The notes: generated by a model from the letters alone, not told the origin. Counted from the first letter of the stretch, positions 19,952-30,945 are shown. The stretch is DNA of 64,000 bases from Pseudobdellovibrionaceae bacterium (GCA_043757545.1 JAYVPG010000050.1:3785-67784); one strand, 5' to 3'. Program-made: numbers and translations.

Positions 19952-21244
19952 ATGTCATTTGTTACTTATAAAGAAAAATTGCGTGCGGTTTCTAAGAAGC
20001 TGATTGAAGCTCAGAAACCGATTCGCATTCTCAACAGCATTCGCGTGCCACCAGATTGGGAGGCCGCTTTAATCAAAAATAATTTCACGGCATTGCCGAA
20101 AAACGCCAAAGAGCATTACGACTCGATCGCTCTTGGCTTTGATCCTCAAGAAAAACATATTGAATTGAAACAGCTGAAGAGCGAAATCACTACGCAGCTG
20201 GGTGAGGGCGATGATCTAGGCAAGCACCTGTGCAATATGTGCGATGAGTATATGAAAGTGGTTGAGATGCTCAAGGCACGAGGCCGCGGCGATTTTTATA
20301 AATTTTCGCGTGAACTCTACGGCAGTCCTAAGGACTGCTTTGCGCAAGATCTCAATACGATTTCCGAAATGGCGCATTTGCTATATGGAATTTTGACCGG
20401 CATCGGTGCCTCCATTCCCAAAGTGGAGTACCCCGAGGACCAAACGGCCGAGCAAGTCGTCGAAACGTTGAACTCTCGCTTTCTACAGTATTTTGGCGAG
20501 CAAAAGGTTCTGGCGAAAATTGCGGATGGAATTGTCGCGGATGCAGCGGCGGGCGGCGATAAAGTTAAGATTCGCCAGGGTGCCATGTTTTCGAAGCGTG
20601 AAGTTGACCTGTATGAGGTGCACGAGGGTTGGGTCCATGTGGGCACCACGATGAACGGTCGCTCGCAACACGTCGCTGAATTCTTGAGTGTCGGTCCCCC
20701 GCGCTGCGCCTGCACGCAAGAGGGCCTGGCGGTCATTATGGAAATCTTCACTTTTCGCAGCTATATCGAGCGTGCGAAGCAAATCAATGACCGGATCATT
20801 TGTATCGAGAAGGCCGAGGACGGCGCCAACTTGCTCGAGGTGATTGAGTATCTGCGCACTGAGGGGTATTCGGAGAAAGAGTGTCTAACCAACGCTTTCC
20901 GAGTCTTTCGCGGCGGAGTGCTAGAGGGTGGCGCTCCGTTCACCAAAGATATCTCGTACTGCAAGGGCTTTGTCGAAAATTACAATTTTCTACGTTCGTG
21001 TATTCGCGTCTCGAAGCCATTTTTGATTCCTTACATGTTCACGGGTAAGCTGCATGTTGAAGATATCCCAATGCTCTATGCGAAGCATTTGGAGGGTCTC
21101 GTCGATCCGCCGCGCTTTTTGCCGCCGCATTTTCGCGATGTCAATGCGCTCGCGGTGTGGATGAGTTTTTCGAGTTTTTTTAATCGCGTCGATCTGCAGT
21201 CGGTACAGGCCCATTATAAGAAAATCTGTGATCAGTATTTATAG
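19952..21244 (+). CDS. DUF1704 / QEGLA-motif protein (flavohemoglobin expression-modulating family)
   Basis: Contains the family-defining CTQEGLAVIME motif and a preceding HEGWVH (HExxH-like) segment. Confidence 0.75.
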   Translation: MSFVTYKEKLRAVSKKLIEAQKPIRILNSIRVPPDWEAALIKNNFTALPKNAKEHYDSIALGFDPQEKHIELKQLKSEITTQLGEGDDLGKHLCNMCDEYMKVVEMLKARGRGDFYKFSRELYGSPKDCFAQDLNTISEMAHLLYGILTGIGASIPKVEYPEDQTAEQVVETLNSRFLQYFGEQKVLAKIADGIVADAAAGGDKVKIRQGAMFSKREVDLYEVHEGWVHVGTTMNGRSQHVAEFLSVGPPRCACTQEGLAVIMEIFTFRSYIERAKQINDRIICIEKAEDGANLLEVIEYLRTEGYSEKECLTNAFRVFRGGVLEGGAPFTKDISYCKGFVENYNFLRSCIRVSKPFLIPYMFTGKLHVEDIPMLYAKHLEGLVDPPRFLPPHFRDVNALAVWMSFSSFFNRVDLQSVQAHYKKICDQYL

Positions 21245-22429
21245 ATTTCGTGACTGACGAGCGAGCGACCAGCGTAAAGCCGGTGGCGTGATGAGAGTGG
21301 TGACGATCACCATTAAAATCACGGCGGAAAAAACCTGCTCGTTAAGTACGCCCAATGTGCGGCCGATTCCAGCGAAAATCAAACCGACCTCACCGCGCGG
21401 GACCATGCCGATTCCAACCGTCAGTCGATCGACATTTTTTCCGGCCACTAGAGCACAGGCCAGCTTTCCACTGACTGCGGCGATACAGAGGGCGGCGGTT
21501 AAGAGCGCCACCTGTAGATTTGCGAAACTGCGCAAGTCGACTTGCAGGCCCATGAGTACAAAGAAAACGGGAGCAAAGACCTTTTCGAGAGGCTGTAGCC
21601 GTTCATGCACACTCATTTTCTGTGCGCCCGTAAAAAATTCCTCACGTACAATCAGGCCGGCCGCAAAGGCGCCGATAATCGAGGCCAATCCGAGCAGGCT
21701 CGAGAACCAGGCCAGCGCAAAGCACACGATCAATGGCAGAAAAAGGCCTGCACTTTCGGAATCGAGTATGGAGAGTTTTTTAAAAAGTGCACGCGCTAAG
21801 AACTCGCCTCGCCACATGACAAGCCCAAGAAAAAGAATGGAGAGTGTGACCGTTTTTAGAAGGGGTAAGAGCTCGAACTGACCTTGCGCAATTAAGCTCG
21901 AGACCAGGGTCAGAACAATCAGCCCAAGGATGTCATCGATCACGGCAGCAGCTAAAATAATTCGCGCCTCGCGAGTTCCAAGTCTTTTCAAATCCTGCAG
22001 AACTCGGGCAGTGATTCCCACGGAGGTGGCGCAGAGAATCGCGCCCATAAAAAGATGAGTGGTGAACGGGGAGCCCACCGCCAGCCATCGACTGCATAAA
22101 AATCCGAGCAGCATCGGCACGCCGACGCCGACGACGGCAACGAGCGAAGCTCGCGGGCCGACATTTAGGGTCTCTTGCACACTGGTTTCAAGGCCGACTA
22201 CAAAGAGCAGTAAAATGATGCCGAGATTGGAAAAAATATGCAGATCGCCGGCGATGCCCAAGGCCGAGCCACCGAGCATTCGAAATGCGCTCGCGACCAG
22301 GACGGCGAGCACGAGCTCACCTAAAACCGAAGACTGGCCGGCTCGAGCGGCGAGGTAGCGTCCGACGTAGCCAATAGTCATGACTAGAGCGAGTTCGAGT
22401 AAGAGGTGAGAAAACGGATCAGAATGCAT
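21239..22429 (-). CDS. cation:proton antiporter (Na+/H+ exchanger family)
   Basis: Polytopic protein with a typical CPA N-terminus (LLLELALVMTIGYVGRYLA...GELVLA). The ORF opens at 22480; I prefer the ATG at 22429 (MHSDPF...). Confidence 0.8.
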   Translation of the reverse strand: MHSDPFSHLLLELALVMTIGYVGRYLAARAGQSSVLGELVLAVLVASAFRMLGGSALGIAGDLHIFSNLGIILLLFVVGLETSVQETLNVGPRASLVAVVGVGVPMLLGFLCSRWLAVGSPFTTHLFMGAILCATSVGITARVLQDLKRLGTREARIILAAAVIDDILGLIVLTLVSSLIAQGQFELLPLLKTVTLSILFLGLVMWRGEFLARALFKKLSILDSESAGLFLPLIVCFALAWFSSLLGLASIIGAFAAGLIVREEFFTGAQKMSVHERLQPLEKVFAPVFFVLMGLQVDLRSFANLQVALLTAALCIAAVSGKLACALVAGKNVDRLTVGIGMVPRGEVGLIFAGIGRTLGVLNEQVFSAVILMVIVTTLITPPALRWSLARQSRNL

Positions 22430-22485
22430 TGTGCCCTCAGTCAGAGATTGATTGTAGGCGCCACCACCTCTAGGGTGCAAGACCT

Positions 22486-22968
22486 ATGAAAGTAGTTGGC
22501 GGCTTCCTAAAAATCCTAGTCCTGATCCTTATAGTGGTTGGCGTTTTTATATTTGTCATCGCCAATTACGATTGGGTTTTCTCCAAACGTATCACGGGTG
22601 AAGTAGTAGCGGTGGAGCGCGTGACGGATCCTGCGGCGATTTTTAGCGCGCGCATGACGGATGCGCAGATGTACTCCTATTCGGTTTTAATCAAGGGAGA
22701 CGATGGACATTTGTACACGTCGAGCTCCGAAGATCGTCAGTGGCAGGTGATCAAAAAAGGTTACTGCGTGGATGCTTTGCTCTATCGCTACCCGCCGTGG
22801 AATTTGGATAAGGCCGGCACGTTTTACAATGCACGAGTAAAAGACGTTAAGATTTGTCCGGGTCAATCGGCGCTGCCGGAGAGTGTGCCGATGCCGTCAC
22901 ACCAGGCGCCTCTTCCCGGAACACCCAAACCGGCGGAGCCATCCGAATCGGTTCCTGCGGCAAAATAG
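22486..22968 (+). CDS. membrane-anchored hypothetical protein with a Pro-rich tail
   Basis: N-terminal TM segment (ILVLILIVVGVFIFVIA). The 3' end overlaps the convergent gene by 122 bp. Confidence 0.5.
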   Translation: MKVVGGFLKILVLILIVVGVFIFVIANYDWVFSKRITGEVVAVERVTDPAAIFSARMTDAQMYSYSVLIKGDDGHLYTSSSEDRQWQVIKKGYCVDALLYRYPPWNLDKAGTFYNARVKDVKICPGQSALPESVPMPSHQAPLPGTPKPAEPSESVPAAK

Positions 22969-23539
22969 GTTTTGCTCCGCTCAGATTCATCGCGAAATCA
23001 CGAACTTTAAAAAGCATCGGCATGAGCACACACCAAAGTGCTCCATGCAAAATCAGACTGATCCAGAGCGGGCGATGGTAGTGCAAGACGTCGAGAGCCT
23101 CTCCGCAATAGTACGACAGCGGTCCGCTCAGCGCGCCGGTTAAATAGACCAGCCATTTATTTCTGCGCATCATCAGCATACTTTCAAATGTGACGCCAAA
23201 TAAGATCCACATAGAAATCAACCAAGCGGGGGCAAAGAGCTCATGCCCGAAAGTGGAAAACAGTCCCAAATGCAGCAATGTGGAATCGATGCTAAAACCG
23301 ATCGCTGCTAACACGGCGAGAAAGATCGCTTCTCCTTTTGCAGCAGGGGAGTAGTAAAAATGGAGTCCGAGCCATAAGGGCATCAACGCAGGACCGAGCC
23401 ACGGGATGCCCCGCGCGGGGCCTAGAGCGCAGGCCCACCAGCCCAGGTTGAAGCTCATAAAGTTCATTAGAGTGCGGCCTGCATAGGTCATCTTCGTCAT
23501 GTGAGGCCTCGAGTTTGGCACAAAATGAGAAGCTGTCAA
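22847..23539 (-). CDS. integral membrane protein, hypothetical (DUF2878-like?)
   Basis: Several TM segments (FNLGWWACALG...). The start is uncertain because there are several in-frame Met codons. Confidence 0.5.
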   Translation of the reverse strand: MTASHFVPNSRPHMTKMTYAGRTLMNFMSFNLGWWACALGPARGIPWLGPALMPLWLGLHFYYSPAAKGEAIFLAVLAAIGFSIDSTLLHLGLFSTFGHELFAPAWLISMWILFGVTFESMLMMRRNKWLVYLTGALSGPLSYYCGEALDVLHYHRPLWISLILHGALWCVLMPMLFKVRDFAMNLSGAKPILPQEPIRMAPPVWVFREEAPGVTASAHSPAAPIDPDKS

Positions 23540-23613
23540 TCATGTCTCATATTGAGACGTGGGGGCTTGAATATTCCGCCAAAAATCCGAAAAGACATAT
23601 GGAGGTCTCTCGT

Positions 23614-23901
23614 ATGATGTCGTTTAAGCGTGCCTTCGTACTTGTGGGTGCGATCTTGTTTCTGAGCGCGTGTAAAGGCGGCGGAAATTTAACTCTTGAG
23701 CCAGGCGTAAAAAAAGTCGTCTCAAAGGGTTCGCCATTCGTACAAGTCAATCAAGGTGGTAAAGCACTGATTGTCGAGAGTGGTCAAACGGCAACGACCG
23801 GTGTGCATGGCTATGTCAGTGTACAAGCCATCTCCTCACGTCAGCTCGCCAGCCCTAGCGGCACGCAGTTGATCTTGAATAAGACTCAAGCCATCCACTA
23901 A
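23614..23901 (+). CDS. small lipoprotein, hypothetical
   Basis: GGAGG lies 8 nt upstream of the ATG at 23614. MMSFKRAFVLVGAILFLSAC lipobox. The ORF opens earlier, at 23515. Confidence 0.5.
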   Translation: MMSFKRAFVLVGAILFLSACKGGGNLTLEPGVKKVVSKGSPFVQVNQGGKALIVESGQTATTGVHGYVSVQAISSRQLASPSGTQLILNKTQAIH

Positions 23902-23948
23902 GCGAATATTCACTCCCACAATCAAATCGATCGGGCTATATTACGCTC

Positions 23949-24944
23949 ATGCCCAAGATCGAAACCGCCTTCACGAAAATGTTCAATATCGAACTCCCGC
24001 TAATCGCCGCACCCATGTTCTTGGTGAGCAACGAGGCATTGGTTTGCGAGGCCTCTGAGGCCGGCGCAATGGGAGCGTTCCCCGCACTCAACTATCGGCC
24101 CATCGAAAAGTACCGTGAAGCTCTGCGCTCGATCCGCGCCCGAACGAAAAAGCCGATTGGCGTAAATATCATCGTCAACAAGAGCAACACGCGACAAGGT
24201 GAGGATCTCAAATGGGCTCTAGATGCGGGAGTAGATCTTTTTATCACCTCGCTCGGCAGTCCAAAGGAAGTCATTCAGCTGGCGCATAAAAACGGCGCCA
24301 AAGTCGTTTGTGATGTCACGAGTTTGGAGCATGCGCTGAAAGTGCAAGATCTTGGTGCGGACGGAGTGATTGCGGTGAGCCAAGGTGCTGGCGGTCACGC
24401 GGGCCCGATCTCGCCGCTGGTTTTAATCCCATGGCTGAAGCGTGAACTCGATATTCTGGTGATTGCAGCGGGTGGAATTGCCGATGGCGCAAGCATGGCG
24501 GCTTGTCTCGCACTTGGCGCCGACGCCGTTTCCGTAGGCACAAGATTTATTGCGAGTGTAGAAGCCGGAGTGGACCAAGCCTACAAACAGGCCATTGTTG
24601 ATTCTTCGCCTGAAGACATCGTGCTCACGACGCGCGTATCGGGCACGCCAGCGGCAGTGATTCGCACTCCGTATATCGACAAAGTCGGTACCGAATTGCC
24701 CTGGGCGATGCGAATGCTGAAAGAAAACCGATACGGCAAGAAATATATGGTTCCGTTGATTCATTGGCTCGGTATGAAGGCGTTAGAAGAGGCGGCGCAA
24801 AAGCCCACTTGGAAAACAGTGTGGAGCGCCGGACAATCGGTGGGCGCCGTACAAGAAATTTTAAGCGTGCGCGAAATTATCGAAAAGATGGTGCGCGAAT
24901 ATGAGGAAGCGCGCGGCACGCTCCCTTCAGTTCACGAAATTTAA
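23949..24944 (+). CDS. nitronate monooxygenase / FabK-like FMN oxidoreductase
   Basis: NMO-family pattern: IAAPM, GAGGHAG, AAGGIADG. Confidence 0.85.
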   Translation: MPKIETAFTKMFNIELPLIAAPMFLVSNEALVCEASEAGAMGAFPALNYRPIEKYREALRSIRARTKKPIGVNIIVNKSNTRQGEDLKWALDAGVDLFITSLGSPKEVIQLAHKNGAKVVCDVTSLEHALKVQDLGADGVIAVSQGAGGHAGPISPLVLIPWLKRELDILVIAAGGIADGASMAACLALGADAVSVGTRFIASVEAGVDQAYKQAIVDSSPEDIVLTTRVSGTPAAVIRTPYIDKVGTELPWAMRMLKENRYGKKYMVPLIHWLGMKALEEAAQKPTWKTVWSAGQSVGAVQEILSVREIIEKMVREYEEARGTLPSVHEI

Positions 24945-26987
24945 CTACCAGACCACACAGCGCTCAGCAGGCGCCATTTTTGTGCCGGCTTTGCATTGAT
25001 AAGCCGCTGCGAACTCGGGAAGGTTCATCAGCGCGCCGGTCACGCGATAGCGAGCGGGTGGGTGAGGATTGACATTCACTTGCACCTTTTCGAATTCATC
25101 AGAGGACTTGCTACACCAAACTTGTGCGAACGAGAGAAAGAAATCCTGTTCGAGTTTGCGCAGAGCCTCGGTGTCGTTCAAAAGAGTTTTCGGCAAGGTC
25201 TTTTTCCACGCATGGTACGCCGTTTTCATCCCACCTTGGTCGCCGATATTCTCGCCCATGGTGAGTTTGCCATTCACGTGGCCACCACCGACGGTTGAGA
25301 AGGCGTCATATTGTTTGCCAAGGCACGCCGCTTGTTTATCGAATTGCGCGGAAGAGGTTTTACTCCACCAGTCCTGCATCGCACCGAGTCCGTCGAACTG
25401 ACGACCTTCATCGTCGTAACCGTGTGAGATCTCGTGCCCCATGACCATGCCGATGGCGGCGTAGTTAGCCGACGGTGGATAGTTTTGACTAAAGAACGGC
25501 GGTTGTAGAATTCCCGCTGGGAATACCATTTTATTCATTTGCGGATCGTAGTACGCATTCACCGCCGACGGCGGCATTCCCCAATCCCCGCGATCCAGTG
25601 GCTTACCAATTTTCGCAAGGTCAAAGCGCGTATTGAAAGAGTTCAGCTCATAGCGATTGGCGAGATAGGAGTCTTTACTCACTTTTACGCCATCATAATT
25701 TCGCCACTTGTCGGGATAGCCAATCTGATTGACCAGCTTGTGCAATTTGGCACGCGCCGCTTTTTTGGTCGCCGCATCCATCCACGGCAATTTGTCGATC
25801 ACCTCACCTTGAAGTTTTTCGACATTCTCAATGATTGTGCGGGCCATATCCTTGCTGGGACCGGCAAAAGTCAAGCTGACGAACGATCGACCAAGAGCGA
25901 ATCCCAGCATGGCATTGGTGTCATCCACGCAACGTTTCCAGCGTGGAGATTTTTCTTTTACACCGTAAAGAGTTTTACCAAAAAATCCGAAGGTCTCGTC
26001 ATAAAATTTATCGGAGAGTCCGCGGCTTGAGGCATTGATTGCATGAAACTTCATATAAGTTCGTAAATCTTCAATGGGCGTATCAGAGACTACGTCACCA
26101 AACGCCTTAAAAAACTTCAACGCCGTGACGTTGACCTTTTTAATATGAACTCCAGATTCGGCAAAAAATTTCGGCCAGTCCAAGCCGGGAGAAAGTTCAC
26201 CGAGTTCTTCAACCGTCATCATATGGTAGACACTTTTTGGATCACGCATTTCAACCGGCGCCATGGCCGCGGTTGCAAGCTGGGTTTCGATCGCTAATAT
26301 TTTCTCTGCCCCTTCTTTGGCCTTACTCTTGTCGATATCAATCAAACGAAGAAGGCGAACGATAAATTCCGAATATTTCTTGCGCAGTTCAATCGACGCC
26401 TTGCCTTGATCCAAATAATAATCCCGACTGGGCAAACCCATGCCACCCTGACCGAGTTCACCAATCACATCTTTAGGATGTTTGAAATCCTGACTCGAAC
26501 TAAAACCAAACATCGGGCCGATGCCGTGTAATTTCAAAAATGCAAAAAGAGCTGGGAAGTCCTCTTTCTTTGTCTTATCGATACGAACTAAAATTTCATT
26601 CAGCGCGGGAGTTGAACCTTTATCAAGCCCGTCTTCATTCATGCACGATCCATAAAGTTCACCCAGCTGACGCGCATAAGGATTGGCCGGTTCAGATTTT
26701 CCAGCGGCATAATCCTCAAGTACTTTCTTCAAGAGCTTTTGATTGTTCTCTGAAATGCTCATAAAGCTACGATCCCAAAGCGGCTTGTCCGCAGGAATCG
26801 CGGTCTCATCCAGCCACTTGCCACACGCATAACGGAAAAAGTTGTCGCAGGGGTCAGCCTTACTATCCACAATCGTGTGATCCGGATTTACCGGTGGGGA
26901 TGCGGCGGGAGCTTCTGCAGCGCGACTGGTTTGAGCGAACAAAATGACAGCAGCGAAAACAAGGCGGGCAAATATGTTATTTTTCAT
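24945..26987 (-). CDS. M13 family zinc metallopeptidase (PepO / endothelin-converting-enzyme-like), secreted
   Basis: HEISH (HExxH), GENIGDQGG (ENxADxGG-type), C-terminal ...CVVW, and a signal peptide. Confidence 0.9.
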   Translation of the reverse strand: MKNNIFARLVFAAVILFAQTSRAAEAPAASPPVNPDHTIVDSKADPCDNFFRYACGKWLDETAIPADKPLWDRSFMSISENNQKLLKKVLEDYAAGKSEPANPYARQLGELYGSCMNEDGLDKGSTPALNEILVRIDKTKKEDFPALFAFLKLHGIGPMFGFSSSQDFKHPKDVIGELGQGGMGLPSRDYYLDQGKASIELRKKYSEFIVRLLRLIDIDKSKAKEGAEKILAIETQLATAAMAPVEMRDPKSVYHMMTVEELGELSPGLDWPKFFAESGVHIKKVNVTALKFFKAFGDVVSDTPIEDLRTYMKFHAINASSRGLSDKFYDETFGFFGKTLYGVKEKSPRWKRCVDDTNAMLGFALGRSFVSLTFAGPSKDMARTIIENVEKLQGEVIDKLPWMDAATKKAARAKLHKLVNQIGYPDKWRNYDGVKVSKDSYLANRYELNSFNTRFDLAKIGKPLDRGDWGMPPSAVNAYYDPQMNKMVFPAGILQPPFFSQNYPPSANYAAIGMVMGHEISHGYDDEGRQFDGLGAMQDWWSKTSSAQFDKQAACLGKQYDAFSTVGGGHVNGKLTMGENIGDQGGMKTAYHAWKKTLPKTLLNDTEALRKLEQDFFLSFAQVWCSKSSDEFEKVQVNVNPHPPARYRVTGALMNLPEFAAAYQCKAGTKMAPAERCVVW

Positions 26988-27107
26988 AACTTAAATTGTA
27001 TTTAAAGAATCGCTACGAGTCGAGGTCTCACTGACCTGAAGCAGGGCGACAATTCAGTGGTCAAGTCTGCGTGATATTGTCCATCGCGAGAATCGCTCCG
27101 CGAAATT

Positions 27108-27587
27108 TCAACTATGACCGCTGCGTTTTATCGAAAGCGTCAGACGATAGGTCATGACCGGTTCGTTAGAGTTCGACGGAACATAAGCATAGCCATCGAA
27201 CGTTTCGTTTTGTCGTTCGCTCGAAGCCTCCGCTTTTGCGACAAGTGCGGCTACTTTTACGGCTTGATCGCAGACGAAGTGGACGTGACCGTCGGCTCGC
27301 TTTAAAAAATCAGCTGAGAAATCTTTGAAGATAAAGCTCATTTTTTTATCACTGGAATTGATGAGGTCGATCGCCTTTAGCGCAATCGAGAGCTCCGCCC
27401 CCATCGCCAAAGCACCGAAGTACATGACGCCTAAATGGTTTTTTGTCCGCATTCCGAGCTTGATGCGGACTTCGCTCCGCGCCTCTGTCATATCGATAAC
27501 TTTCGGAGAGGCGAAGGCGAGGAGCGGGATTTTGAAAAACGAATAGGCATTCACGATGGCGGTCATTTTTAAATTGGCCAGGTTCAT
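27108..27587 (-). CDS. hot-dog fold protein (DUF4442/PaaI-thioesterase-like)
   Basis: Size and N-terminal pattern (FFKIPLLAFASPKVIDM...NHLGVMYFGALAMGAE) resemble the DUF4442 family. Assigned from memory of the family only. Confidence 0.45.
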   Translation of the reverse strand: MNLANLKMTAIVNAYSFFKIPLLAFASPKVIDMTEARSEVRIKLGMRTKNHLGVMYFGALAMGAELSIALKAIDLINSSDKKMSFIFKDFSADFLKRADGHVHFVCDQAVKVAALVAKAEASSERQNETFDGYAYVPSNSNEPVMTYRLTLSIKRSGHS

Positions 27588-27612
27588 GTGAATGCCCTTT
27601 TTGATTCGCGGA

Positions 27613-28026
27613 CTAATCTACGGTGCAGGTGAAGCGCTTCGCATAGTCGGCGGCTTCCAAGTGAAGGACGCATTGGAGATTTTGGCCTTGGGTTATCGTT
27701 TGACCTTCTGTAGTCACGCTGCCAAAGGCGCTGGATGCGGCTTCGAAGAGGACTTGAGCCTTGGCGTAGACTAGTTTTCCGGCGCCGGCGTCACAGTTGT
27801 AGGTGGAGAGTGCATACACAGGATCCGTTGAATCGACGCCCATGTTATCGGACCGTGTGCATTTGACGGCGAAGTTGTAGGTCACGGTCGTTCCGGAAAT
27901 GATGCCAGCAAATCCGCATGTGCGAAAGGCGTTGATTAGCGTTTGTGACTTCGCCGTATCGACGTCAGTAGCAAAGCTAGAACAAGAAAAAGTCGCGAGC
28001 AAAAGCGAAACGATAAATTTTGTCAT
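27613..28026 (-). CDS. small secreted protein, hypothetical
   Basis: The ATG at 28026 gives a MTKFIVSLLLATFSCSSFA signal peptide. The ORF opens at 28077. Confidence 0.5.
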   Translation of the reverse strand: MTKFIVSLLLATFSCSSFATDVDTAKSQTLINAFRTCGFAGIISGTTVTYNFAVKCTRSDNMGVDSTDPVYALSTYNCDAGAGKLVYAKAQVLFEAASSAFGSVTTEGQTITQGQNLQCVLHLEAADYAKRFTCTVD

Positions 28027-28127
28027 TGAGGCCCCCCGTGAAGCGGTCCACAGCGGACCACGAGGAGACCCTAACAAAATTTAGATCTTGATGGAAAGCC
28101 TTCTCGCCGCTGCCCTTGGGCGTCACG

Positions 28128-29951
28128 TCAATTTAGGCTCTCGCTCAGTCTGCGGCCGAGAGATTCGTGATAACCCATAAGTTCTGTGGGCAAACGCTCG
28201 CCAAAACGTCCCAGGAATTCGCGGTGGCCCTTGAGCTCTTCGATCCATGCGAGTGCGTCGAGTCCATTGAGTTTGGCAAAGCTGACCCGAGAGTAGCTCT
28301 CAAGGCCTGACCAATCTAGGTCTTCGAACTTCGGGCTTAGGCCCAGAGCATGCCGAGTGCCTTCGGTGCGATGGTTAATTCGTTCGAATATCCATTTCAA
28401 TACACGCATATTGTCAGAGTAGCCCGGCCAGATAAACTTATTTTGTTCATCGCGGCGGAACCAGTTCACGCCGAACACGGGCGGAAGATCGACTCCAGGA
28501 CGTTCGAAGCTCAACCAGTGTTTAAAATAATCGCCCATGTTGTAACCGCAGAACGGGAGCATGGCCATAGGATCACGGCGCACGACTCCGGTGGCGCCGG
28601 TGGCGGCCGCAGTGGTTTCGCTGGCGAGAGTGGCGGCGAAGTAGACTCCCGCAGTCCAATTTTCCAATTCAGTCACCAGTGGGACAAGCTGGGCGCGACG
28701 TCCGCCGAAAATCATGGCGGAGATCGGAACGCCTTCGGGCGCATCTAGATTTTCATCCACCGACGGGCATTGCGCGATCGGCACCGTGAAACGTGCATTC
28801 GGATGCGCCGCCAGGCGACCGCAGTCGGGAGTCCACGCTTGACCTTGCCAGTCGGTGAGGCGTGCGGGAATCTCTTTGCTCATGCCCTCCCACCAAACAT
28901 CACCATCCTCAGTGAGGGCGACATTGGTGAACAAAACATTTTTACTGATCGTGGCCATGGCCATCGGATTGGTTTGCAATGAAGTTCCGGGAGCAACGCC
29001 GAAGAATCCAGACTCGGGATTGATCGCGTACAGTTTGCCCTCGGCGCCGACGCGAATCCACGCGATATCGTCGCCGACAGTCGTGATCTTCCAGCCGTCA
29101 AAAGTTTTGGGCGGCATCATCATTGCGAAGTTTGTTTTGCCACAGGCACTCGGGAAGGCGGCTCCGACATAGATTTTTTCGCCACTCGGATTTTCGACTC
29201 CGAGGATCAGCATGTGCTCGGCCATCCAGCCCTCGGCGCGACCCATATGTGAGGCCAAGCGAAGCGCGAGACATTTTTTACCAAGCAGAGCATTGCCGCC
29301 GTAGCCGCTACCAAACGACCAAATTTCTCGGCTGTCAGGATAGTGGACGATGTACTTTTCAGAATTGCATGGCCACGCCACATCTTTGGCGCCGGTGGCG
29401 AGAGGTGCGCCGACCGAATGCACACAACGCACGAATTCTGGCGAGTCCGCGAGTTTGGTCCAAACCGGCTCACCCATCCGGGTCATACGTTGCATATTTG
29501 CGACGACGTAAGGGGAGTCGGTGAGTTCAATGCCGATAATTGAATAGGGTGAGGCAAGTGGGCCCATGCAGAAAGGAACAACATAGAGCGTGCGACCTTG
29601 CATCGAGCCCTTAAAGAAAGGGTTGAGCTTGGCGCGCATCTCTTTGGGGGCGAGCCAGTTGTTATTTGGACCGGCTTCTTCTTTTGTTTCGGTGCACACA
29701 AAAGTGCGGTCCTCAACTCGAGCCACGTCTTTGGGATCGGAGCACGCCAGGTAACTGTCGGGGCGCTTTGCCGGATTGAGTTGGCGAAGAGTGCCGCGCG
29801 CTTGCATCAGGCAGATCAACTCGGCGTCTTCCGCCGCACTTCCGGTGCAAAACTGAACCGCGGTGGGTTGGCAAAGATCGACGACCTCTTGGATCCAGCG
29901 GCGCACATGAAGATTGGTCGTTGGCCAAGATGAGAGACTTCCCATTTCCAT
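28128..29951 (-). CDS. pckG: phosphoenolpyruvate carboxykinase (GTP)
   Basis: 607 aa, with [14 protein letters not shown] and the kinase-1a FPSACGKTN motif of GTP-PEPCK. Confidence 0.95.
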   Translation of the reverse strand: MEMGSLSSWPTTNLHVRRWIQEVVDLCQPTAVQFCTGSAAEDAELICLMQARGTLRQLNPAKRPDSYLACSDPKDVARVEDRTFVCTETKEEAGPNNNWLAPKEMRAKLNPFFKGSMQGRTLYVVPFCMGPLASPYSIIGIELTDSPYVVANMQRMTRMGEPVWTKLADSPEFVRCVHSVGAPLATGAKDVAWPCNSEKYIVHYPDSREIWSFGSGYGGNALLGKKCLALRLASHMGRAEGWMAEHMLILGVENPSGEKIYVGAAFPSACGKTNFAMMMPPKTFDGWKITTVGDDIAWIRVGAEGKLYAINPESGFFGVAPGTSLQTNPMAMATISKNVLFTNVALTEDGDVWWEGMSKEIPARLTDWQGQAWTPDCGRLAAHPNARFTVPIAQCPSVDENLDAPEGVPISAMIFGGRRAQLVPLVTELENWTAGVYFAATLASETTAAATGATGVVRRDPMAMLPFCGYNMGDYFKHWLSFERPGVDLPPVFGVNWFRRDEQNKFIWPGYSDNMRVLKWIFERINHRTEGTRHALGLSPKFEDLDWSGLESYSRVSFAKLNGLDALAWIEELKGHREFLGRFGERLPTELMGYHESLGRRLSESLN

Positions 29952-30030
29952 ACCTCTTATCGCAAAATTGAATTGCGTAACTTATAAAGGTTCAGTGACA
30001 GAATATCTGTCGAAAACGCGTGGCGTCATT

Positions 30031-30945
30031 CTATGAGGGGAATTTTGGATTTACCAGAAATCGCCGGGCCTCAGTGGCGATGAAATTGGCCTCTTCCGGA
30101 TCGCAGTTTGTTTGGCTAACTACGCAGATTTTATGCGTGCCCAATTCCTTAAAGGCTTTTGCCTTGGACGGTGAAATTTCGAGAAGGTCGTCGGTCCGTA
30201 GCGCGATCCGACGGGGTAGTACTGCAACTAGAGTTCCGGCGACGGCCGCCGCGCGAAGGGCCTCGAAGCTATCGCTCAGGATGAAAGGGCGAAGGGGTTC
30301 CACTTGGCGAATAAATTTTGTAAAATATCGCGGTAGCCCATCCTTACCCGGCGCTAGCGATCCATAGCCGAACTCCTCAATGGCCTTCCATCCAATTTGG
30401 CTAATAGGATGGCGCTTAGACACGAAAAATCCTAAGCGATCCTGCGTGACATCCTTAACGTAAAAGCGCTCAAGGCCGTCGACCTCCGTAATTAGGGCCG
30501 AGCAAAGTTCACCTTTTCGAACCATCGTGAGTAAGTTCGAAGTTCGACTGATTCGAAGTCCAAGTTTCAAGCCAGGTAAGAGCTCGCGAAGCGATTGAAT
30601 CAGCCCTGGTAACACATCAATCGCAATACTCTCGTAGGTACCAAAGTTGAGCCAACTCATCTTTGGCACAGGCGCTCGATTGATATCACGCAGCCGATCA
30701 AAGGCCGCAAACGCTGGGCGGACGACTTCTAAAATAGACAGGGCCTCTGGGGTTGGTCTAATCGAGCCCCGGTCTCGTACTAAAAGAGCTTTTCCGAAAG
30801 AATGTTCTAGTGAAGTCAGTGATTGCGAAATTGCACTGGGCGAGACTTTAGCCTTAAGGGCCGCCATCTTTAGACTTCCACTTTGGATAATCAAGTCGAG
30901 CACCCAAAGCTTTTTTATCTGATCAACATTAAGGTCACGTGCCAT
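30031..30945 (-). CDS. LysR-family transcriptional regulator
   Basis: N-terminal wHTH (GSLKMAALKAKVSPSAISQSLTSLE) and a typical length of about 300 aa. Confidence 0.85.
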   Translation of the reverse strand: MARDLNVDQIKKLWVLDLIIQSGSLKMAALKAKVSPSAISQSLTSLEHSFGKALLVRDRGSIRPTPEALSILEVVRPAFAAFDRLRDINRAPVPKMSWLNFGTYESIAIDVLPGLIQSLRELLPGLKLGLRISRTSNLLTMVRKGELCSALITEVDGLERFYVKDVTQDRLGFFVSKRHPISQIGWKAIEEFGYGSLAPGKDGLPRYFTKFIRQVEPLRPFILSDSFEALRAAAVAGTLVAVLPRRIALRTDDLLEISPSKAKAFKELGTHKICVVSQTNCDPEEANFIATEARRFLVNPKFPS

